Source: Methanomassiliicoccaceae archaeon (lineage in GTDB: Archaea > Thermoplasmatota > Thermoplasmata > Methanomassiliicoccales > Methanomassiliicoccaceae). Taken from it: a DNA stretch of 64,000 nucleotides. The notes under the pieces were generated by a model. That model made no database searches and was not told the origin of the DNA. It saw only the letters and a list, made by a program, of their open reading frames with translations. The translations under genes and the position numbers were made by a program. The stretch lies in contig JAXGZN010000002.1 in assembly GCA_040776945.1 (NCBI GenBank), positions 608,001 through 672,000 on the forward strand. Reading direction: 5' to 3'. This document shows, piece by piece, positions 57,817-64,000 of this stretch; the first letter of the stretch is position 1, and every line of letters starts with the position of its first letter.

Positions 57817-59073
57817 ATGTTGAAGCAGCTGGACGTTGGGCAGTGGAGCGTTAAGAGGCGAGGGAGCATCGCAGAGGTCCGCGCCCCCGTGGAGGATATC
57901 ATAGCCCAGGTCCGGGAGCGGGGGGACGAGGCCCTCCTCGACCTTACCGAGAGGTTCGACAAGGTCCGTCCAGACCGCATACGGGCGACGAGGGAGGATA
58001 TCGAGGACGCATATCGCCGGGTGGACGAGCGGGTGGTGAACGCCCTCAAGCGCTCAAAGGAGAACGTGGAAAGGTTCCATCGCTTGCAGCGCCCCGCCGA
58101 CATGTGGACCCAGGAGATCTCCCCGGGGCTGGTGCTCGGGGTGAAGACCACTCCCCTCGACCGAATAGGGATCTACGTTCCCGGCGGACGGGCGTCCTAT
58201 CCGTCGACGGTCATCATGTGCGCCGTCCCCGCCCGGGTGGCCGGCGTTCCGCACATCGCCATGTGCACCCCGCCGCCGGTGAGCCCACTCACTTTGGTGG
58301 CCGCGGACATCGCGGGGGTAGACGCCGTTTACACCGTAGGCGGGGCCCAGGCCATAGCTGCCATGGCCTACGGCACGAGGTCCCTGGACCCGGTGCAGAA
58401 GATAGTCGGGCCGGGGAATGTGTACGTGACCATGGCCAAGATGCTGCTCCGGGACATCGTGGAGATCGATTCCCCCGCGGGACCGTCGGAGATCGCGGTA
58501 CTCGCGGACGCCACGGCCGACGCGGAGCTCATCGCCGCGGACATGCTGGCGCAGGCAGAGCATGATCCCAACGCGGCCTGCGCGCTCATCACCACCGACG
58601 AGGGCCTGGTATCTAAGGTCGGAAGGGAGATCGAGAAGGCGCTTTCAAGGGCTGAAAGAAAGGAGATAATTGAAAGGTCGCTGAGCAATTGCGGCTATCT
58701 GCTGGCTAGGGACCTGGTTTCTGCGGTCGAGATCGTGAACTACATGGCGCCGGAACACCTGTCGATACAGGTGTCCGATCCGCAGGGAGCGCTTCAAAGG
58801 GTCCGCAACGCAGGCTCCATATTCGTTGGCAGGTATGCGGCGGTGGCCCTCGGGGACTACGCCTCCGGAACAAACCATGTGCTCCCGACAGCTGGATATG
58901 CGCATGTCCACTCCGGCCTCGATGTCATGCATTTCATGAAGCGCAGTTCACTGCAGATCGTGGACCAGGATGGCCTAGAGTCTTTGGCGGACACCGTGGA
59001 GACCCTCGCGAAGGCCGAAGGCCTTCATGCCCACGCGCGATCCGTCGCGGTGCGCCGCAGGAAACGCGATTGA
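57817..59073 (+). CDS. hisD: histidinol dehydrogenase
   Basis: YVPGG.A.YPS, GGAQAIAA, GPGN.YV, AGPSE, QAEHD, APEHL and GDYASGTNHVLPT. Confidence 0.96.
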   Translation: MLKQLDVGQWSVKRRGSIAEVRAPVEDIIAQVRERGDEALLDLTERFDKVRPDRIRATREDIEDAYRRVDERVVNALKRSKENVERFHRLQRPADMWTQEISPGLVLGVKTTPLDRIGIYVPGGRASYPSTVIMCAVPARVAGVPHIAMCTPPPVSPLTLVAADIAGVDAVYTVGGAQAIAAMAYGTRSLDPVQKIVGPGNVYVTMAKMLLRDIVEIDSPAGPSEIAVLADATADAELIAADMLAQAEHDPNAACALITTDEGLVSKVGREIEKALSRAERKEIIERSLSNCGYLLARDLVSAVEIVNYMAPEHLSIQVSDPQGALQRVRNAGSIFVGRYAAVALGDYASGTNHVLPTAGYAHVHSGLDVMHFMKRSSLQIVDQDGLESLADTVETLAKAEGLHAHARSVAVRRRKRD

Positions 59074-59126
59074 TCACGGCAGGCCAGGGATAAAGCTGGC
59101 CTATCGGCTTAAGGTCACGGAGGAAC

Positions 59127-59648
59127 ATGGTCACCACAAAAAAGTTGCCGGCAATGCTGTCGTGGAGGCAGCCTCAGGCCTCCAGGAGGTACTTCGAGCT
59201 TGTTTCAGAGGACCGGACATTGGCCGCCTTGAGGTTTCCCAAGCTGACGGGAACTTTGGCCGAAGCTCAAGCGGACGGTACCAGCTACACGTTCAAGCGC
59301 TCAGGCTTTCTGAGACCGAAGGTCACCATCAGGAAGGCCCCGTTCGACCAGGACATAGGCGTGGTGAATATGTCCCGGAGAGGTGACGGCGAGGTCGACA
59401 TGATCAACGGCAGGCGGTACGTCATCAGGCGCCCGTCGGTCTGGTCCTTCCGATGGCAGGTATTCGACGAGAGCGATGGTTTGATGGCTGATGTCCGTTC
59501 AAGGTCTGGCCTCCTGCGCCTTGAGGGTAAGGCGGACATAACGGAAAAGGGAGCGCTTAGCGCCGACATGCTCCTCCTTCTCGTCCTGGAATGGTACATC
59601 ATGGCCCTTATCCGCCGGGATAGCTCCACCGGCGCCTCGGGAGCCTGA
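59127..59648 (+). CDS. hypothetical beta-rich protein
   Basis: GGAGG RBS; paralogous to the next gene. Confidence 0.75.
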   Translation: MVTTKKLPAMLSWRQPQASRRYFELVSEDRTLAALRFPKLTGTLAEAQADGTSYTFKRSGFLRPKVTIRKAPFDQDIGVVNMSRRGDGEVDMINGRRYVIRRPSVWSFRWQVFDESDGLMADVRSRSGLLRLEGKADITEKGALSADMLLLLVLEWYIMALIRRDSSTGASGA

Positions 59649-59653
59649 CCCCG

Positions 59654-60127
59654 ATGGCCATCCCTACGGGGGAGATGGTATGGGGGCGACCGAAGCCTTG
59701 GAAGCTGGACTGGGAACTGCGCCAGGGCAGCAAGGTCGTTGCAAAGATGTCGTCCCCGTCGATGTTCGGGACCACCGTCCGCGCCTCCATCGGCGATGAG
59801 CATTATGTGAACAGGAAGGGCGGGCTGCGCAGGCCTGGAGCGGCGATCGCCAGACAGGGCGAGCCGAACGACATCGGGCGGTTGGAGTTCGACTCGCTGG
59901 ACAGAGGAACGGTGCTTCTCGCCGACGGTGCGACTTACAGATGGGAGCGCCAGGGACCGGCCGGGACATGGGCGATGCTCCGCGACGACGGGGACGTGCT
60001 GTTCACCGTCCATCGGAACGCGCGGGATAAATACCCTGTCGGCAGGGTCAAGGTGATGGCGGCCGATCGGTCCATGGGAGTCCTGCTCATCCTCTCGTGG
60101 TTCGTGATCAACAGCACCGAGTGCTGA
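59654..60127 (+). CDS. hypothetical beta-rich protein (tandem paralog)
   Basis: Shares W..P....EL, R.G..RP...I....DIG and LL.L.W with the preceding gene. Confidence 0.75.
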   Translation: MAIPTGEMVWGRPKPWKLDWELRQGSKVVAKMSSPSMFGTTVRASIGDEHYVNRKGGLRRPGAAIARQGEPNDIGRLEFDSLDRGTVLLADGATYRWERQGPAGTWAMLRDDGDVLFTVHRNARDKYPVGRVKVMAADRSMGVLLILSWFVINSTEC

Positions 60128-60523
60128 TCCCTCCCTCCCGATCGTAGCCCATTTCGCGCTTTCTCATGAAGATGGGCACCACGGGGGCGTGGGTGGGAAC
60201 GGGCGCTCGCCCACGAGCATGGAGCCAACGGTCCTCAGCCCCCGAGCCCGTGAACGCGGGATGTCAGCGAGGCCGCCCTCGTCTCCGGCCTCTATAGGAG
60301 GACAGGCTCGGTCAGGTGCCTGGGCACAGCGTCCTCATGGGCCTGCGGCAACCATCCCTCTCGGCAGGATGCTTAACAGGGCGTGTCCAATTACTGGACA
60401 CCGGGGTTTGGCCCGGCCAGGTCGTCCGCCGCGCTCAAGCAGGATCTCCGAACCTCTCGCACGCCAACGAGCCTCTTCCTCATGTCAGCGGTGGTTTGAT
60501 TTCCCTCGCGGCCATCCACCTGT

Positions 60524-61186
60524 GTGGCCGAAAGATATGGAAGGACGCCATCGCAAGCGAGGTCCTATGAGGACCAGAGAGCCTATTGGGACCGCGAGTA
60601 TTCCGGCCCCCATCCCAAATGGAGGGGGCCGCCATCCGGCGTCCTTTCTCCAGACCTTCATGGAAGGGTGCTCGAGTTGGGCTGCGGCAACGGGAAGACG
60701 GCCGGCCTGATCATCGGGCGGGGCGCGGAGCTCGTGGCCGTAGATTTCTCCATCAACGGACTGCGCGCCTGCCGGCGTTCGTTGGGCCTGGCCAACCTTG
60801 AGGCGGTCCTGTCGGACGTCCGCTTCCTCCCATTCACCTGCGGCTCCTTCGACAGCGTGGTAGCATATCACGTGCTTGGTCACCTGATGGAGGAGGAAAG
60901 ACGGGAAGCGGTAAGCGAGGTCCACAGGGTGCTGAGGCGGGGCGGCACGCTGTTGCTGAAGGTCTTCTCGGTGCAGGACATGAGGTTCGGACAGGGGAAG
61001 GAGGTGGAGAGGGGGACCTTCCGCCGTGGCACCGGAATAAGGACACACTTCTTCGAACGGGAGGAACTGCTCGCTTTGACATCGGGCTTCGAGGAGGTAT
61101 CTCTGACGGAGGAGATCGCAAGGAAGCGCTATGGCGGAGAGGAAAGGTCGCGCGGGGAATGGATAGGGACTTTCAGGCGCCCGTGA
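60524..61186 (+). CDS. class I SAM-dependent methyltransferase
   Basis: VLELGCGNG, VDFS, D...LPF..GSFD and RVLRRGG. Confidence 0.9.
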   Translation: MAERYGRTPSQARSYEDQRAYWDREYSGPHPKWRGPPSGVLSPDLHGRVLELGCGNGKTAGLIIGRGAELVAVDFSINGLRACRRSLGLANLEAVLSDVRFLPFTCGSFDSVVAYHVLGHLMEEERREAVSEVHRVLRRGGTLLLKVFSVQDMRFGQGKEVERGTFRRGTGIRTHFFEREELLALTSGFEEVSLTEEIARKRYGGEERSRGEWIGTFRRP

Positions 61187-61431
61187 GGCGCATCTCCTGA
61201 GAAATGACGCAGGTCTTCCGACGAGCGGGGCCCGAGACATAGTTGGGGCCAACGCCCCCTGAGATCCTGGGATGGAACGATGCGGAGACAGTATCGGCGC
61301 GACCGTCCGGGCGCGCGGCCGTGCCTTCATGCGGTACGCCGATACTAGAGGAACACCTCGCTCGGCCCTCCGCTTATACGCCTTGCTAATAGTGGCGGTC
61401 GCGTTCGCGGGGCCCGGGGGGGGGACAGGCG

Positions 61432-63216
61432 TCACTTTCTCAATATCTTTCGTTCCTTGCCGGGGACCCGCCTGAGCTTTCCGTTGTCCAGCGCCCATTG
61501 GAAGTTCGCCTTCTCCGACGGGGCTACCAGCACCTTGTCCCCAGCCGCATACTTGGTGCGGGAGGCCCAGTCGGTGAAGCCGGATACGACCTTGTAGACC
61601 TCCGCCTCCTCGACCACGTCCCGCCCCGGCCGGGCGCCCTTGTATTGAGAATAGCTGCCCTTGAACACCGTCAGCTTGCCGTCCCTCAGCTCCGCCACCT
61701 CGCTGCACGCAGAGTCCAGGAGATATCGGTCGTGGGTTACGATGATGAAGGTGCCGCTGTAATCGGCCAGCGCCATCTCCACGGCATGCTTGGCCATCAG
61801 GTCCAGGTAGTTCGTCGGCTCATCCAGGACCAGGAAGTTGAGGTCCATAGACAGGAGGAGCGCCAGCCCCACCCTGGCCCGCTCCCCGCCGGAGAGGGTA
61901 GAGATCGGCCTTTCCGCGTCCTTCTGGGTCAACATGAACCGGTAAAGGAACGATCTTGCTCTGGCCCTCGCGTCCCCTGCCAGTGATCTGTCGATCTGCT
62001 CCAGGGCGGAAAGCTTAGGGTCCATCAGGTCGTGGCCCTGGGCGAAGTACCCGATGCGGGCCCCCGGCGCGACCCACAGGTCGCCTCGGAACGGCAGATC
62101 GCCCAGGATGGCCTTTATCAGAGTGGTCTTCCCCGAACCGTTGGGGCCGAACAGACCGATCTTGTCGCCGCTGTCGATGTCAAGATCAAGGTCCTGAAAG
62201 ATCACCCGCTTGCCCCTGGTGACCTTCAGCCTCCTAGCTATGACCACGTTCTTCCCGGACTTCTGGGCGGTGCCGATGTCCAGGGTGAGGTCCTTCCTCT
62301 TGTCGGGCGCCTCCTTGACCTCCATTCGCTCCAGCATCTTCAGGCGGGTCTTGTGGGTGGAGGAGAACCATAGGGCCCGATGCTGCTCTTCCGCGATCTT
62401 TGCCTGCCTGTCGCGCTCCCGGACGTTCCTCTCGTACTCCTTGCGCTGCCTCTCCAGCTCCATGGCCTTCTTGTCCACGAACTGCGAGTAGTTGCCGCCA
62501 TAACGCCTGAGCCGAGCGTTCTCCAGCTCATAGACCTGGGTCACCGTCCGGTCGAGGAAGTACCGGTCATGGGACACGATCAGCACGGCGCCCTTGAAGT
62601 CCAGCAGGTGCTCCTCCAACCACTCCACGGCGTCGATGTCCAGATGGTTGGTCGGTTCGTCAAGGATGAGCAGGTCCGCTTTCTCCGCCTGCGCGAGCAC
62701 CTTCGCCAGCATGACCTTGGTCCTTTCGCCCCCGCTCAGCTCCGCGACCTTGCCGGACATCCGGTCGTCGATGCCGAAGGTCCTGAGGTGCTCCAGGGCC
62801 CGCTCGGCATCGCTCATGTTTTGCGGGCTCGATCCCTCCTGCAGCCTGGCATACTCCAAGGAAATGTCGTTCCAATCCATCCCCCGGGGCAGCTCCCCGG
62901 AGGCCATGATCGCCTCCAGTTCCTCCATCCGCTTCTGCTCCTCGGTGCGAGGCGCCGCGGCAAGTGCATCGTTCACGGTCGTAGAGCCATCGAACGAGGG
63001 GAATTGGGAGAGATACACGATCTTGTTGGTCTTGATGGACACCTCCCCGGTGTCCGCTCTCACCTCTCCCGTTATGATCTTCAGCAAGGTGGTCTTACCG
63101 GCCCCGTTCGGTCCCACCAGGGCGATGCGGTCATTGTCGTTGATCTGCATGGAGGCGTTCTTTATGAGTTCCTTGGGACCGAAGGCCTTGGACACGCCTT
63201 CCAGACGAATGAGCAT
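61432..63216 (-). CDS. ABC-F family ribosome-associated ATPase
   Basis: Two NBDs (GPNGAGKT and GPNGSGKT; LSGGE twice; DEPTN twice), GNYS linker, no TM segments. Confidence 0.93.
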   Translation of the reverse strand: MLIRLEGVSKAFGPKELIKNASMQINDNDRIALVGPNGAGKTTLLKIITGEVRADTGEVSIKTNKIVYLSQFPSFDGSTTVNDALAAAPRTEEQKRMEELEAIMASGELPRGMDWNDISLEYARLQEGSSPQNMSDAERALEHLRTFGIDDRMSGKVAELSGGERTKVMLAKVLAQAEKADLLILDEPTNHLDIDAVEWLEEHLLDFKGAVLIVSHDRYFLDRTVTQVYELENARLRRYGGNYSQFVDKKAMELERQRKEYERNVRERDRQAKIAEEQHRALWFSSTHKTRLKMLERMEVKEAPDKRKDLTLDIGTAQKSGKNVVIARRLKVTRGKRVIFQDLDLDIDSGDKIGLFGPNGSGKTTLIKAILGDLPFRGDLWVAPGARIGYFAQGHDLMDPKLSALEQIDRSLAGDARARARSFLYRFMLTQKDAERPISTLSGGERARVGLALLLSMDLNFLVLDEPTNYLDLMAKHAVEMALADYSGTFIIVTHDRYLLDSACSEVAELRDGKLTVFKGSYSQYKGARPGRDVVEEAEVYKVVSGFTDWASRTKYAAGDKVLVAPSEKANFQWALDNGKLRRVPGKERKILRK

Positions 63217-63487
63217 GGCCCTCGATATGGCCGCCCGGCCATAAGCTTTGCCCAGGGAACGGCGCGCTTGGACGGGACCAGCGCACGATGGCCTTTGCAC
63301 GCCGGCACCGCCCTCGCGGCCCGCGCCCTGCGCTAGTGGCTTTGGAGCGCTCGACGGTCTTCACGCATCTCTGCCCATCCTTCGCCGCCGATGACGTCGG
63401 AGAGAGGCTCTAACTCATTCAGGCCGAACGATGGAAAAAACCGAAAAGGAGATATGCTCGAGCTTTCTGTCAGTCGAACGATAGACC

Positions 63488-63706
63488 ATGAGGATCAAGC
63501 GCTCTGAGATCTACTCTCATGTTAAGAGCTATGAGAACAGGACGGACATGACCGGATTTCTCGAGTTCATCGACTCGCCCATTCGAGAGCTTAGGGTGAT
63601 CAAGCTCCCCGAGGACCGCATAAGGCTGAAGTACATCGATCAGCACAACAACATCCAACGTGTGGACGTCGGAGCGGATGAGAGCGAGGAGATAGAGTTC
63701 CCCTAG
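63488..63706 (+). CDS. small hypothetical protein
   Basis: Clean 72-aa ORF convergent with, and overlapping, the next stop. Confidence 0.6.
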   Translation: MRIKRSEIYSHVKSYENRTDMTGFLEFIDSPIRELRVIKLPEDRIRLKYIDQHNNIQRVDVGADESEEIEFP

Positions 63707-64000
63707 GACGGGGGCCCGGCCAGGACGTTCTCGACCATAAGCCCCGCCGACGGGCGGCACGCCTCGCAGTAGGCCCTCATGCGCATCATGAACCGTTTGA
63801 ACATGATGTCCGATCTCCACTTCTCTATGGCCTCCATGCTCTCGAACGGCATGAAGCTGTAGAACAGCCTTGGATCGTCGGAATCCTGAACAAGGACGCC
63901 TTCCGAGGCGCCCATACTCGCCTCCGCCGTCCATTGGACCAGGTCGCTCCAGGTCGACCTGAACTCGTCCTCTCTTCCCGCCTTGATGGTCCATGCTCCG
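63703..64000 (-). CDS. antibiotic-biosynthesis-monooxygenase-like dimeric barrel protein, 5'-truncated
   Basis: Frame is open to the window edge: WTIKAGREDEF...QD.DDP..F.SF..FES.EA...WR. Confidence 0.75.
   Translation of the reverse strand, partial: GAWTIKAGREDEFRSTWSDLVQWTAEASMGASEGVLVQDSDDPRLFYSFMPFESMEAIEKWRSDIMFKRFMMRMRAYCEACRPSAGLMVENVLAGPPS

Noticed and set aside
1-64000. CRISPR array or cas genes
   Set aside because: No regularly spaced repeats or cas motifs were seen.
1-64000. Pyrrolysine read-through at TAG-ending genes (iorB, pdhB, pdhC, dppF, 9163 gene)
   Set aside because: The proteins are already full length at the TAG, and the downstream frames give no meaningful extension or fusion.

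Overview
Archaeal chromosomal segment, most likely from a Methanomassiliicoccales-type (Thermoplasmata) methanogen. Support: archaeal S19e-L39e-L31e-aIF6 operon, archaeal LeuRS, ApgM, MptE, 7S SRP RNA, methanogenesis marker-2-like protein, split LplA/LplB. Most of the window is housekeeping and metabolism: POR and IOR operons, a peptide ABC transporter, class III RNR, hisD and an ABC-F ATPase. Accessory content is an AT-richer decayed patch at the 3' side of tRNA-Leu(UAG) holding TetR and SMR pseudogenes, and an intact IS5-family element that splits an MBL-fold hydrolase gene. Most unusual items: (1) a lipA-E1a-E1b-E2 2-oxoacid dehydrogenase operon with no E3 in the window, converging on an operon for rubredoxin-fused ferredoxin:disulfide reductase, thioredoxin, LplB and LplA; (2) an FtsZ homolog lacking the T7 loop and C-terminal domain, encoded behind a tandem ribbon-helix-helix gene; (3) a circularly permuted family-5 solute-binding protein; (4) a putative HTH regulator divergent from nrdD, with a repeat motif shared by both promoter regions. 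All family calls come from motif recognition by eye; no database search was run.
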